64,000 bases of DNA from Armatimonadota bacterium (GCA_046292385.1 JBKBRF010000016.1:66941-130940); one strand, 5' to 3'; shown: positions 1-10,375, numbered from the stretch's first letter. A program made the numbers and translations. Notes: generated from the letters alone by a model not told the origin.

Positions 1-1052
1 GCCTTGGAGAGGACCGCCTGGTGCATCCACGCGCGGTAGTCGAGCTGACTTTCGGTGTAGCGCGCAATCGACGCCATGGTGGAGACCGCCTGCACCGGGT
101 AGTCCCCCATCGCCGTCTCGCCCGAGAGCATCACCGCGCTGGTGCCGTCGACGATGGCGTTCGCCACGTCGGAGACCTCCGCGCGGGTGGGACGCGGACT
201 CTTAGTCATCGACTCGAGCATCTGCGTGGCGGTGATCACCGGCTTGCCGCACTGGTACGTGCGGCGGATCAGCTCCTTCTGGATCATCGGGACCTGGAAG
301 AGCGGCATCTCGACCCCCAGGTCGCCGCGCGCCACCATGATCCCGTCTGCCGCGTGGACGATCTCATCGAATGCCTCCACCGCCTCCGGCTTCTCCACCT
401 TGGCGATGATCCGCGCGGGCGCCCCCGCCCTTTCGATGGCGGCGCGGACCGGCTCGAGGTCCTCCGCGCGCCGGACGAATGAGACGGCGACCCAGTCGAC
501 CCCCAGCTGCAGGCCGAAGTCGAGGTCGCGGAAGTCCTTCTCCGTGAGCGCCGGGATCTCGAACGGCACCGCGGGCGCCGCAATCCCCTTGCGGGAGCGG
601 AGCAGGCCTCCCTGGCGCACCACGCAGAAGACCTCGTCCCCGCGGCGCTCCGTCACCTGCATCTCGATCTGGCCGTCGTCCAGGAAGACCTGGTGCGACG
701 GCTGGAGCGCCGCGACCAGCTCCGGGATCGGCAGCGGGATCCGCGTGGGCGCTTCCGGCGAGTACCGCTCCGGCGAGAAGCTGACCGTGTGGTCCGGAAA
801 CAGCTCCATCCCCTCCGGCGGCAGCTCGCCGATCCGCAGCTTGGGGCCGGAGAGATCCTGGAGGATGGAGAGCGGTCGCCCGATCTGCTCCTCCACGGAG
901 CGCACCGCCCGGAACCGCTCCGCGTGCCAGGGGTGGACCCCATGAGAGAAGTTCAGCCGGACGACGTCGAGCCCCGCCAGGGCCATGTCTCGGATCACTT
1001 CCGCGCGCTCGGACGCGGGTCCCAGGGTAGCAACGATCTTGGTGCGCTTCAT
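1..1052 (-). CDS. pyk: Pyruvate kinase (3' end runs off the window)
   Basis: Not in the ORF track. Manual minus-strand translation gives [14 protein letters not shown]...[43 protein letters not shown]. Confidence 0.96.
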   Translation of the reverse strand, partial: MKRTKIVATLGPASERAEVIRDMALAGLDVVRLNFSHGVHPWHAERFRAVRSVEEQIGRPLSILQDLSGPKLRIGELPPEGMELFPDHTVSFSPERYSPEAPTRIPLPIPELVAALQPSHQVFLDDGQIEMQVTERRGDEVFCVVRQGGLLRSRKGIAAPAVPFEIPALTEKDFRDLDFGLQLGVDWVAVSFVRRAEDLEPVRAAIERAGAPARIIAKVEKPEAVEAFDEIVHAADGIMVARGDLGVEMPLFQVPMIQKELIRRTYQCGKPVITATQMLESMTKSPRPTRAEVSDVANAIVDGTSAVMLSGETAMGDYPVQAVSTMASIARYTESQLDYRAWMHQAVLSK

Positions 1053-1300
1053 CCACTCCGCCTCGGCGCCCCGTGGGACGCAGGTGCCTGCAGACACGGG
1101 ACATCCGCCCGTGCCGTCTAACTGATTAGAGCCTATCCCAACCAGGCGGCGTGAAGGCGTAGCAAAGCCGGTCGGCAAAGACTGGAGGGGATGGTGGAGG
1201 TGGAGATTTGGACGGCTCAAACCACGGTGCTCTCGGAACACCGCGGCCGGCACGTCTCGCTATCAGAGGTCGAGGAGACAGTGGATCCTGATGCGACGGC

Positions 1301-1516
1301 TCAAGCGGCGATAGCGATCCGTCCCGCCTCCGTCGTAGGCTCGGGCACCGGTTCGCCGGCTTCTTTCAACCCCTCGATGTGGAATTCGACGGCTTCCCGG
1401 ATCAGCTGCTCGACCTCCCGGCGCGTTTCCGCGACTGCGACGCAGCCGGGCAGGTCCGGGATATACGCACCCCAACCCGTGGAGCCACGCTCGTAGATCA
1501 CCGTGTACTCGCTCAT
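1301..1516 (-). CDS. hicB: HicB-family antitoxin (short form, no DNA-binding domain)
   Basis: YTVIYE...AYIPDLPGCVAVAET...IREAVEFHIEGL motif. Start overlaps the hicA stop (TAATG). Confidence 0.9.
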   Translation of the reverse strand: MSEYTVIYERGSTGWGAYIPDLPGCVAVAETRREVEQLIREAVEFHIEGLKEAGEPVPEPTTEAGRIAIAA

Positions 1517-1707
1517 TACTGCTCCTCTAACTGCGCCTGTCGCCAGATCGAAGCCAGGGTTTTGGGTGGAACATCCGCACCCGGTTTACCTGACACCGTG
1601 ACCGTTCCGGACTTCTCGGGGTGTTTGAACTGGCGGTGGCTGCCCCTCATCCGTACCTGCTCCCAGCCGTCGGCTTTCAGGCGATCCAGCACATCCCGTA
1701 CTTTCAT
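1516..1707 (-). CDS. hicA: HicA-family mRNA interferase toxin
   Basis: MKVRDVLDRLKADGW...RGSHRQFKHP...VTV with the catalytic GSH His. Confidence 0.9.
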   Translation of the reverse strand: MKVRDVLDRLKADGWEQVRMRGSHRQFKHPEKSGTVTVSGKPGADVPPKTLASIWRQAQLEEQ

Positions 1708-1831
1708 TGTTTCCACCGGTTCAGAGGCCCACGGAAGCAACCCCCGTTGGCGGTTTGCCGCTGCGACGGGTATTCCTTCATCCTACTATCATGCCGGTAA
1801 CGTTCTCGCGGCGCAGGACCCTGAAACAGAA

Positions 1832-1861
1832 CGCGCCAGGCATTTAGAAATGCCTGGCGCG
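1832..1861 (-). terminator. Hairpin terminator downstream of tRNA-Asn
   Basis: cgcgccaggcattt-ag-aaatgcctggcgcg, followed by ttctgtttc on the minus strand. Confidence 0.7.
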
Positions 1862-1866
1862 CCGGA

Positions 1867-1938
1867 CTCCCCCGGGTGGATTCGAACCACCAACCCTCTG
1901 ATTAACAGTCAGATGCTCTGCCGTTGAGCTACAGGGGA
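1867..1938 (-). tRNA. tRNA-Asn(GTT), CCA not encoded
   Basis: TCCCCTG acceptor stem, anticodon arm TCTGA-CTGTTAA-TCAGA, T-arm GGTTCGAATCC. Confidence 0.96.
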
Positions 1939-2067
1939 TCGCTCGTTCAACCGCGGGGTAGTGTAACAGAAGCCCCTGGACCCGTCAATAGCTCCGGCGC
2001 GCCGATTTCCGCCGGCCGCCAGGCGGCCGGTGCAGAGCATCCCAGGCAGGCGCGGCGTGGGTGGCGG

Positions 2068-2196
2068 TTAGAAGACGCGGACACCGAGGTAGAGGAGCAG
2101 CACGATGATGGCGACGATGATCAGCCCCGCGATGGCGATCCCGTAGGCAATGCCGCGGCCCGGCATCTGGTCTTCCGGCGGACGAATCTGGCTCAT
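2068..2196 (-). CDS. 42-aa single-pass membrane protein
   Basis: MSQIRPPEDQMPGRGIAYGIAIAGLIIVAIIVLLLYLGVRVF, with a GGAGGAG RBS. Too short for the ORF track. Confidence 0.65.
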   Translation of the reverse strand: MSQIRPPEDQMPGRGIAYGIAIAGLIIVAIIVLLLYLGVRVF

Positions 2197-2356
2197 CTCT
2201 GCTCCTCCCGACTTCTCGGCTCTGGGTCCTTCCCTCGCGGGACCCCTCAGCCCCGTTCTCCCCGCCCCGCCCCATCTCCAACCCCGCCGCGGAGTGATCC
2301 TCCGCCGGTGACGGGTAGACGACTATGGGGCGATCCGATGGCGAGGAGGTGTGGGG

Positions 2357-2626
2357 ATGGAGACGAGAGACGACCGCGAGCCCCTGGGTGAGCGCGTGCT
2401 GACGCCGACCGAAGAAGAGACCGACCGGGAGGAGCGGGACGATGCCGCTTCCCCGCAGCGCGCTACCGGAACCCTGGGCCACGACACGGTAGGCGTGACG
2501 CCGACCGGAGACCTGGGCCCGGGCTCGGCTTCCGGAGACCTGACGGGCGGTACTCCGGTCGGCATCGAGAACACCGACTCGACCGCCGGGGCGGAGTCGG
2601 TACGAGGCGCCGCGGGCCGGGAGTAG
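2357..2626 (+). CDS. Small acidic, Gly/Thr-rich hypothetical protein
   Basis: GAGGAGGT RBS before the ATG at 2357, with high-GC3 codon usage. Confidence 0.6.
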   Translation: METRDDREPLGERVLTPTEEETDREERDDAASPQRATGTLGHDTVGVTPTGDLGPGSASGDLTGGTPVGIENTDSTAGAESVRGAAGRE

Positions 2627-2641
2627 GCGCGCCGGGTCAGG

Positions 2642-3406
2642 CTAGACGGCGTGGCGGCCGCCGTCGACCATCAGGTTGGTCCCGGTGATGTAGGAGGCAT
2701 CTCCGGAGGCCAGGAACGCGATCGCGGCGGCGATCTCGGCAGGATCCGCCGGCCGCCCGAGCAGGCCGGTGGGGCTGTTGTATAACTCCGACGGGTCGGA
2801 ACCTGCACGCTCCGCGCGGCGAGTGTGGAACTCCGTCACGGTGAACCCCGGACAGACACTATTGACGCGCAGGCCATGCGGCGCCAGCTCGATCGCCAGG
2901 CTGCGGGCCAGGCTCACGAGAGCCGCCTTGGTGGCGTCGTAGATCGGCATCTCGGCGCGGCCGACCACCGCGTGCACGGAGGAAACCAGGACGAAGGCAC
3001 CCCGGTCGCCAGCGGTCAGCATCGCGCGCGCCGCTTCTGCGCAGGTGAGGGCGGTGCCGCGCAGGTTGACATCCAGCAGCTCCCGCCAGTCCGCCTCGGA
3101 GGCGTTCAGCACCGAGCCGAACGCGCGGGCGCCGGCATTCGCCACCACCACGTCGAGGCGGCCCCACCGGTCATAAGCGGCCCGGACGGCACTCCGGCAA
3201 ACCGCCTCGTCGGCAACGGTGCCGGGGACCGGCTCCACCTCCGCGCCGCCTGCTCTTAGCTCGGCTTCCGCCGCGGAGAGGTCGGCGGCGTCCCGGTCGA
3301 CCAGGACCAACCGCGCCCCCTCCGCAGCCAGCCGGCGGGCCGTGGCCCGGCCGATTCCGGCGCCTCCCCCGGTGATGATCGCGACCTGGTCCCGGAACCG
3401 CTGCAT
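2642..3406 (-). CDS. SDR-family NAD(P)-dependent oxidoreductase
   Basis: TGGGAGIG, NAG, YDATK catalytic YxxxK, VNSVCPG, VDGG. Confidence 0.93.
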   Translation of the reverse strand: MQRFRDQVAIITGGGAGIGRATARRLAAEGARLVLVDRDAADLSAAEAELRAGGAEVEPVPGTVADEAVCRSAVRAAYDRWGRLDVVVANAGARAFGSVLNASEADWRELLDVNLRGTALTCAEAARAMLTAGDRGAFVLVSSVHAVVGRAEMPIYDATKAALVSLARSLAIELAPHGLRVNSVCPGFTVTEFHTRRAERAGSDPSELYNSPTGLLGRPADPAEIAAAIAFLASGDASYITGTNLMVDGGRHAV

Positions 3407-3597
3407 AGGTACCTCAACGGACGCATCCCTGTCTCCCTCCCGTTCGAGCGCCCTCCGCTCGGGCACCTTCCTGCCCGCCGGAAAGGTATGGGGGCGCTGT
3501 GGGGAGAACTTAGCGGCACGCTCGGCCGAAGAGAGCCTCGCTCTCCTGCCGAGAATGAGGGTGAGGCCCCTGCATTCGGCACCGAGGAGGTCACACG

Positions 3598-4848
3598 TTG
3601 CCGGTCCGACACCCGATCGCTCCCCTGCTGCTCGCCGCCGCGCTGGTGCCCGCCGCGCTGGGGCCGGCTCCCGGCTCCGCGCAGAGCGAGAGACCTGCCC
3701 GGTATATCGTGGAGCTGCATTCCGGGCCGGACGGAGCCACGGAGGGCGCCCTCGCTCCGGCGCGGGTCCGGGCGACTCCGGTGCAGGTCTACTCGCGGAC
3801 CCTCCGCGGCTTCGCGGCCGATCTCCTGCCGCAGCAGGTGGCGGCGCTGCAGCGCGATCCTTCCGTCCGCCGCGTCTGGCGCGACCAGCCGGTCAGTTTG
3901 AGTCCCGCGCCCCGCCAGTTGCTCTCCGCCGCCGGGAAAAGGAAGACGAAAGCCAAAGGCCAGAAGGTCCCGACCGGCGTGCGCCGGATCGGAGGCCTGA
4001 AGAGCGCGACCGCCGCCATCGACGGCATCGACTCGCCGCTGGACGTCGACGTGGCGGTGATCGACACGGGCGTCGACCTCGACCATCCGGACCTCAACGT
4101 GGTCGGCGGCTTCAGTGTCTTCTCCGGCGACGCCGACGATCCGGAGGGGCACGGGACGCACGTGGCCGGCACCATTGGCGCCCGCGATAACCGGCTGGGG
4201 GTGGTCGGAGTTGCCCCGGGAGCGCGCATCTGGTCGGTGCGGGTCCTGAACCAGCAGGGGCAGGGCTCCTGGTCCGGCGTGATCGCCGGGCTGGAGTGGG
4301 TGGCTGCGCACGCCGATACGATCGAGGTCGCGAACCTGAGCCTGGGCGGCCCGATGAGCGACGATACACCGCTGCGAGTGGCAGTCGACGCGCTCGTCGC
4401 TGCCGGCGTCACGGTGGTCGCCGCCGCCGGAAACGCCGGGCAAGACGTGTCGACGTGGGTGCCGGCGAAGTTCGAGAGCGTGCTGTGCGTCTCTGCCCTG
4501 GCGGACAAGAACGGCAAGGCCGGCAAGAGCGCCGGGGTGTTCAAGTTCGGCAGCCGGGAGCGGGACGAGCGCTTCGCGTCGTTCAGCAATTGGGGCAGCG
4601 AGGTCGACCTGATCGCGCCGGGCGTCAAGATCCTCTCCACCTACAAGCACGGCCAGTACGCCTGGATCTCCGGCACCAGTCAGGCCGCGCCCCACGCGGC
4701 CGGCGCCGCCGCGCTCTACCTGGCGCGGCACCCGGGGGCCACCCCGGCCGAGGTCCGCGAGGCATTGGTGAACAGGGCTGTCGTCTTTTCCCGCCGGAAC
4801 GATCCGGACGGCGTCTACGAGCCGTGCCTGGACGTCGCCGCACTTTAG
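3598..4848 (+). CDS. Secreted S8 (subtilisin-like) serine peptidase with I9-like propeptide
   Basis: Signal peptide. Catalytic triad motifs VIDTG, HGTHVAG, SGTSQAAPH. GAGGAGG RBS before TTG. Confidence 0.93.
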   Translation: MPVRHPIAPLLLAAALVPAALGPAPGSAQSERPARYIVELHSGPDGATEGALAPARVRATPVQVYSRTLRGFAADLLPQQVAALQRDPSVRRVWRDQPVSLSPAPRQLLSAAGKRKTKAKGQKVPTGVRRIGGLKSATAAIDGIDSPLDVDVAVIDTGVDLDHPDLNVVGGFSVFSGDADDPEGHGTHVAGTIGARDNRLGVVGVAPGARIWSVRVLNQQGQGSWSGVIAGLEWVAAHADTIEVANLSLGGPMSDDTPLRVAVDALVAAGVTVVAAAGNAGQDVSTWVPAKFESVLCVSALADKNGKAGKSAGVFKFGSRERDERFASFSNWGSEVDLIAPGVKILSTYKHGQYAWISGTSQAAPHAAGAAALYLARHPGATPAEVREALVNRAVVFSRRNDPDGVYEPCLDVAAL

Positions 4849-4874
4849 TGGTGTGTCCAGCTACTTCTGATCTG

Positions 4875-5030
4875 TGGGAGTGGGAGCAAGGGAGAGTGGG
4901 GGCGTGGGCGACCGGCTCCCGTTTGTTTTCAGGTTGCAGGTTAACAGGTTGCAGGTTCCGAACCCCGCCTCCCGTGTTCCCAACCTACAACTTGCCAACT
5001 TGCAAACCTGCAACAGACGTCCCCCTCCAT
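4875..5030. repeat. Composite short-period inverted repeat: GGGAGAGT-type arm outside (GCAGGTT)n ... (AACCTGC)n arms
   Basis: caggttgcaggttaacaggttgcaggtt at 4930-4957 versus caacctacaacttgccaacttgcaaacctgcaac at 4981-5014. gcaagggagagtggg at 4886-4900. Confidence 0.8.
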
Positions 5031-5327
5031 CCCGGACTGACGGAGTACTAGCCTGCCGTCCGGAGGCCATGGAGCAAGTAGGAGTAAAGCCCGGGGCTCG
5101 CTAACTGTGTGAGGGAGCGCCTCTTGCTTCCTCCCCGGCCGGACTGCTCGTCCGGTCCGGAAGTCGGCCGGCTCACAGGCGAGCTCGTCCCCACGCTCGC
5201 TTTGCCGTTCTCCCAAGCTGCTCCGCGGCGGATCCGTCGGACTTGCGAGTCCGGCCGGACCCGCGTACTAAAGCTCGCCGGCGAATGACCGGCACCCGTC
5301 CCAGGGAAAGGATTGGAGACACCGTTC

Positions 5328-6320
5328 ATGTTCCGAAAGCTACTGCTGGCAGTGCCGCTGCTTGCCGGCCTGCTCCTCACCGCTGCCCCGGTGGAAGCAC
5401 GCCCCAGCCGGTCGAGCCTCACGATTCAGTCGACTCCGGCGAAGGCCTCCGTGCTCCTGGACGGAGCTCCGGCTGGTAGGACCCCCCTGACGCTTAAAAA
5501 TGTGCCGCCGGGGGAGCACACTCTGGTGTTCTCCAAGCCGGGCTACGAGACCGTCACGAAAGAAATCGTCTACGAGGGCGGAAAGTCGAAGGTCAGGGTC
5601 AGGCTGAAGAAGACCCCCAAGCTCTCCGACGAGGAGCGCGCCGCGCGAGCCGGCATCCTCCGCCGCGAGATCGGCAACGTGCGAGAGCTGCGGTCCATCC
5701 TCGGCGCCGCGCTGTACGGTACCAGCCTCTCCGGGCAGGCGCTGCAAGATCCGTTTACCGGCTACTACGTCAGCATCTCGACCGGGTTCGACGGCCAGAA
5801 CCGCCCGACGTTGACGATCGCGTTCTACCTGAATAAGCAGTTGACGCAGTCTGCCGGCTCGATGACGGTGGCGCTCAGCGCCTTCGCGTCCGAGGCGGAC
5901 TATCAGTTCACCGCCGGGAGACTGGCCGGCGCCTCCGGGCATCTGAGCGCCGCCCCCGCGGGCCTGACCGGATACCTGATCGACGGCAGCGGCACGATGT
6001 CGGACGGCTCCGAGTGGACCGCGCTCCTGCAGGTCACGTTGGGCGACGAAGGCGTTTCGATCACCGGGACGGCGTCGGTCACGCCGGACGGCGGCACCCC
6101 CAGCGAGTGGGCGCTGACGGTGGAGCCGGTGGCCTCCGTTGCCACGATCACGACCCCCGAGGGTTTCACGATCGTCTTCAACTCGCAGGACGGTGTCTCC
6201 AGCGGGACCCTCTCCCAGCCGGAGAGCGGAGTGGTGCTGGCGACCTTCTACCTGGATAAGAATGGCGACCTCGTCGTCGTGTTCTCGGACGGGCGGCGAC
6301 AGGTGATCGACCTGTCGTAA
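5328..6320 (+). CDS. Secreted PEGA-domain protein
   Basis: Signal peptide, then LTIQSTPAKASVLLDG...GRTPLTLKNVPPGEHTLVFSKPGYE (PEGA), then a beta-rich C-terminus. Confidence 0.8.
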   Translation: MFRKLLLAVPLLAGLLLTAAPVEARPSRSSLTIQSTPAKASVLLDGAPAGRTPLTLKNVPPGEHTLVFSKPGYETVTKEIVYEGGKSKVRVRLKKTPKLSDEERAARAGILRREIGNVRELRSILGAALYGTSLSGQALQDPFTGYYVSISTGFDGQNRPTLTIAFYLNKQLTQSAGSMTVALSAFASEADYQFTAGRLAGASGHLSAAPAGLTGYLIDGSGTMSDGSEWTALLQVTLGDEGVSITGTASVTPDGGTPSEWALTVEPVASVATITTPEGFTIVFNSQDGVSSGTLSQPESGVVLATFYLDKNGDLVVVFSDGRRQVIDLS

Positions 6321-6333
6321 CCCCGGTTCCGCA

Positions 6334-6373
6334 GACGCGGAGCCGCGTCCAGGTCGGGACTCGGCTCCGCGTC
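6334..6373. terminator. GC-rich hairpin after the PEGA gene
   Basis: gacgcggagccg...cggctccgcgtc, a 12-bp stem 13 nt after the stop. No U-tract. Confidence 0.5.
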
Positions 6374-6528
6374 ACGCACGCCTCGGCTGTGCAGGTATTC
6401 CCTGGAAAGCTGCACAGTCGAGGCGTTCTGATCCCGGCCGGGTGGTGCCTCCCCGGGCGGTTGGGAACTCAGACCGGCCGCTGCAGCGGATAGGCCATGT
6501 GGCCCGTACCCGCCCTGGAGGAGGCTCC

Positions 6529-6978
6529 ATGATCCGAAACCTGAGCGTGCTCACTCTCTCCCTAGCCGTCTGTCTCCCCGCTACGGCGGCGCCCTCGACG
6601 GTCAAGGTCGACGCGCGGGGGCGGTTGGTGATCCCCGCGGCGGTCGTAAAGAAGCTCGGCGTGGCTCCCGCAAAAGACGGCCTGGTGGAGCTGCAGTTCG
6701 CCGACGTGCAGCCAAAGGAACCGGAGGAGCCGAAGGGGACCGGAGGGGAGCACTCGCATCCGCTGCCGAAGCCCCGCCCGCCGCAGACGTGGGTCCACCT
6801 GCAGCGGGACGGCTCGGTGCTCCTCGCGCGGACCCGGGTGAGCACTTACCAGCTTTACGTGCCGGGGAAGCCCGGGACCACCTACGTCTTGACCGGCGAG
6901 AAGAACCGGATTATCCTCCGCAGCCCTGCACCTAAGGCCGCTCCCGCCCGCGGCTCAAGCAAGCCCGGCCGGAGATAG
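6529..6978 (+). CDS. Exported hypothetical protein with AbrB/MraZ-like segments
   Basis: GGAGGAGG RBS, signal peptide, TVKVDARGRLVIPAAVVKKLGV. Confidence 0.65.
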   Translation: MIRNLSVLTLSLAVCLPATAAPSTVKVDARGRLVIPAAVVKKLGVAPAKDGLVELQFADVQPKEPEEPKGTGGEHSHPLPKPRPPQTWVHLQRDGSVLLARTRVSTYQLYVPGKPGTTYVLTGEKNRIILRSPAPKAAPARGSSKPGRR

Positions 6979-6987
6979 ACTTAGCCT

Positions 6988-8073
6988 ATGGCAGGCAGCA
7001 CTTTCGGCACCGCGTTCCGCGTGAGCACCTGGGGCGAGTCGCACGGCCCCGCCGTCGGGTGCGTCGTGGACGGGTGCCCGCCCGGTATCCCCCTCCCCCT
7101 GGAGCTGATCCAGGCGGACCTCGACCGCCGGCGTCCGGGTCAGAGTCACATCACCACCCAACGCCGCGAGGGCGACGAAGTGGAGATCCTCTCCGGCGTC
7201 TTCGAGGGGGTGACCACCGGCACCCCGATCGGGATGCTGGTGCGGAACGCGGACCAGCGCTCCAAAGACTACAGCGAGCTGAAGGAGCTGTATCGCCCCA
7301 GCCACGCGGACTACACCTACGCGGCGAAGTACGGGGTGCGCGACTACCGGGGCGGCGGCCGGGCTTCCTATCGCGAGGCGGTGGGACGAGTGGCGGCCGG
7401 CGCCGTGGCGCGGCAGCTCCTCTCCCACCGGTGCGGCGCGGAGATCATCGGCTACGTGCTGCAGGTTGCGGAGATCCGGGGGGAGGTAGACCCTTCGGCG
7501 GTGACCCGGCCGGACGTGGAGGCGAGTATCGTCCGGTGCCCGGACGCAGCCGCGGCGGAGCGGATGATCTCGGCCATCGACGCGGCCCGGCGGGACGGCG
7601 ACTCGCTGGGCGGGATCGTGGAGGTGGTGGCGCGCGGCGTCCCCGCGGGGCTGGGAGAGCCGGTCTTCGACAAGCTGACCGCCGACTTCGCCAAGGCGCT
7701 CATGTCGATCCCCGCCGCCCGCGGGTTCGAGGTCGGCGAGGGCTTCGGAAGCATTCACTTCCGCGGGTCCAGCCACAATGACCCGTTCGTCTCCCGCGAG
7801 GGTCGCGTGCGGACGGAGACGAACCGCTCCGGCGGCATCCAGGGAGGGATCTCCAACGGAGAGGAGATCCTGCTGCGGGTCGCCTTCAAGCCGACCGCCA
7901 CGATCATGCGGGAGCAGCGGACCGTCTCCACGTCCGGCGAGGAAGTCACCTTCCAGGCACGGGGGCGGCACGATCCGTGTGTCCTCCCGCGCGCCGTGGC
8001 CGCGGTCGAGGCGATGGTGGCGCTGGTCCTGGCCGACCACCTGCTCCGCCAGGAAGCGAACGTCCGCCGTTAA
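6988..8073 (+). CDS. aroC: Chorismate synthase
   Basis: [36 protein letters not shown] signatures. Confidence 0.98.
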   Translation: MAGSTFGTAFRVSTWGESHGPAVGCVVDGCPPGIPLPLELIQADLDRRRPGQSHITTQRREGDEVEILSGVFEGVTTGTPIGMLVRNADQRSKDYSELKELYRPSHADYTYAAKYGVRDYRGGGRASYREAVGRVAAGAVARQLLSHRCGAEIIGYVLQVAEIRGEVDPSAVTRPDVEASIVRCPDAAAAERMISAIDAARRDGDSLGGIVEVVARGVPAGLGEPVFDKLTADFAKALMSIPAARGFEVGEGFGSIHFRGSSHNDPFVSREGRVRTETNRSGGIQGGISNGEEILLRVAFKPTATIMREQRTVSTSGEEVTFQARGRHDPCVLPRAVAAVEAMVALVLADHLLRQEANVRR

Positions 8074-8139
8074 AGCACCGATTCGGTCCCCTGCCGCGTC
8101 TTATCGGTAGGGGGCGTAAAGTGGGCTACGGAGGGAACG

Positions 8140-8799
8140 ATGATACGCGGGTACCCGGCTCTGCGAAGCTCACCGGCGCGGCGCGGCTTCACGCTGGTCG
8201 AGCTGCTGGTGGTGATCGCGATCATCGCCATCCTCGCGGCGATTCTCTTCCCGGTGTTCGCCCAGGCGCGAGAGAAGGCGCGGCAAACGAGCTGCGCCAA
8301 CAACCTGCGCCAGATCGGCATGGCGAGTGCCCTCTACCGGAGCGATTACGACGAGTGCTACGTTCCGACCGAGGCGGGCGGGCTGCCGTGGCTGAGCGTG
8401 ATCCCGGGCACCGACGGGCTGCTGAACCCCTACGTGCGGATGAGCACGCCGCTCCAGTGTCCCTCCCGGCGGGCGCCGAAGGCGCGCTATGCCCTGAACG
8501 TCTGGAAGGGCGTTCACTTCGACCGCCGCGAGACCTCTCCCCAGGGGCAGCCGGATAGCGCCGTGCCGCGCCCTTCCACGACGCTGCTCGCCTGGGAGCA
8601 CCAGGTCGACGCGATCGACTGCCTGACCGGCCAGGACGGCGGCGACCCGCTCCACCCCGCGCCCACGGCGGGCGACACGCACTGGGACACCGCCCACAGC
8701 GGCGGCTTCAACGCGCTCTGGTGCGACGGGCACGTCAAGCGCATGCGCTACACGCAGCTCCTGCGGACGTTCTTCACCATCGAAGAAGATCCGGAATGA
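8140..8799 (+). CDS. Prepilin-type N-terminal cleavage / DUF1559 protein with C-terminal H-X9-DG motif
   Basis: [37 protein letters not shown] and [15 protein letters not shown]. Confidence 0.92.
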   Translation: MIRGYPALRSSPARRGFTLVELLVVIAIIAILAAILFPVFAQAREKARQTSCANNLRQIGMASALYRSDYDECYVPTEAGGLPWLSVIPGTDGLLNPYVRMSTPLQCPSRRAPKARYALNVWKGVHFDRRETSPQGQPDSAVPRPSTTLLAWEHQVDAIDCLTGQDGGDPLHPAPTAGDTHWDTAHSGGFNALWCDGHVKRMRYTQLLRTFFTIEEDPE

Positions 8800-8940
8800 G
8801 CGACTGAGTGGGCGCGAAGGAGAGTGAGTGGATCGGGCTGGCAGTTTTTCAGGTCGGGAAGTCCCGGAGCCTGCATACCGGGAGGCACCGGCCAACCTGC
8901 AGCAGGCCGCACCCATTCGCCCACTCTCCCTTGCCTCCCC
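8797..8940. repeat. Composite short-period inverted repeat (octamer arms around degenerate GCAGGTT arms)
   Basis: cccactctcccttgc at 8920-8934 is the exact reverse complement of 4886-4900. A purine-rich arm lies at 8797-8832. Confidence 0.6.
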
Positions 8941-9133
8941 CGCGCCTGCGATTCCCGCCTCCGAGCGAATACCCGCTCCCGTGTGGGGGCGACCGGGGGG
9001 AGGTGCGTGCATTTCGGAGACGCAACTTTCCCTGTCGGCGGGGGAACACACTCACGTTCCGGCCGGTTCCGCTCGTCTTGATCTCTGTAGGGAACGAACG
9101 AGCGCCGCCGCGAACGGCGGAAGGAGAGCGCGA

Positions 9134-10375
9134 ATGGCGCGAGTGAGCGTGTGGGTGCGAGTGGCAGGCCTGGTCGCCGGAGCGGGGCTCCTCGCGGCGG
9201 GCGCGGCGCGGGCGGAGGACTGGCCGCACTGGCGCGGTCCGCGCCGCGACGGGATCTCCCGGGAAGCGGGCCTGGTGAAGAGCTGGCCGGCCTCCGGCCC
9301 GAAGATCGCCTGGGAGAAGGATCTTACCGGAGGATGGTCGACCCCGAGCGTGGTCGGCGGCAAGCTGTACGTCACCACGGAGGACAACAAAGAGGAGATC
9401 GTCCTCTGTCTCGACGCCGCCACCGGCAAGCCGGTCTGGGAATATCGCTATCCCTGCGATTACGACCAGCATCCCTCGCTCGACCAGCGCTTCAAGAGCG
9501 GTCCGCGCTCCTCCCCCACCGTCGATGACGGCCACATCTACACCCTCGGCACCACCGGGCTCCTCCACTGCCTGGACGCTGCCAGCGGCAAGCCGGTGTG
9601 GAAGACCGACCTGCTGGCAATGGCAAAGACGGAAGCGCCGATCGCCGGCTACTGCAGCTCGCCGATGATCGAGGGCGACACCCTCTACGTAAACCCCGGC
9701 GGCGCCGGGACTTCGGTTGCCGCGCTGAACAAGAAGGACGGCCGCGTGCTCTGGCAGACCGGCGACGACGCGATGGGCTACGCCACGCCGGTCCTGCTGG
9801 AGAGCCAGGGAGTGCGGCAGGTCCTCTACTTCACCGGCGGCGGCCTCGTCTCCGTTTCGCCCACCGATGGGAAGCCGCTCTGGCGGTTCGACTGGAAGAC
9901 GCCGTTCGATCTGAACGTCGCTACGCCGATCCACCACAACGGGGAGGTCTTCATCTCCACCAACTATGGGCGCGGCTGCGCGCTGCTGCGGCTCAAGGGC
10001 GCGGCCCAGCCGGAAGAGGTCTACCGCAGCGCCAACATGCAGAACCACTTCGCCACGTCCGTGCTCTGGGACGGCCACCTCTACGGCCTGAGCAACGACC
10101 GCCTCCGCTGCGTGGAGTGGGCGACCGGCGAGGTGAAGTGGGACCAGCGCGGCATCGGCCGGGGCAGCGTGATGATCGCGGACGGCCAGCTCATCATCCT
10201 GGGCGAGCGCGGCGAGCTGATCCTGGCGGAGCTCTCCCCCATCGCCTTCACCGAGAAGGCTCGCTGGAGGGCACTCAACGCCCCCTGCTGGTCGCCGCCC
10301 TCCCTGGCGAACGGCCTCCTTTACATCCGCAATGAGGACAAGTTGATCGCCGTCGACATGCGCGCCGGACAGTAG
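9134..10375 (+). CDS. PQQ-like beta-propeller (BamB-like) secreted protein
   Basis: AAGGAG RBS, signal peptide, DWPHWRGPRRDG, repeated CLDAATGKPVW-type blades. Confidence 0.9.
   Translation: MARVSVWVRVAGLVAGAGLLAAGAARAEDWPHWRGPRRDGISREAGLVKSWPASGPKIAWEKDLTGGWSTPSVVGGKLYVTTEDNKEEIVLCLDAATGKPVWEYRYPCDYDQHPSLDQRFKSGPRSSPTVDDGHIYTLGTTGLLHCLDAASGKPVWKTDLLAMAKTEAPIAGYCSSPMIEGDTLYVNPGGAGTSVAALNKKDGRVLWQTGDDAMGYATPVLLESQGVRQVLYFTGGGLVSVSPTDGKPLWRFDWKTPFDLNVATPIHHNGEVFISTNYGRGCALLRLKGAAQPEEVYRSANMQNHFATSVLWDGHLYGLSNDRLRCVEWATGEVKWDQRGIGRGSVMIADGQLIILGERGELILAELSPIAFTEKARWRALNAPCWSPPSLANGLLYIRNEDKLIAVDMRAGQ

Noticed and set aside
142..945. Long plus-strand ORFs over pyk, and similar long antisense or alternate-frame ORFs throughout (e.g. 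38357-41689, 58625-61357, 48946-51474, 14672-16912)
   Set aside because: These are shadow ORFs expected at high GC. They overlap genes with clear family motifs and have no motifs of their own.
2068..2196. Flp/type IVb pilin
   Set aside because: There is no G|xxxxEY processing motif and no tad genes nearby.
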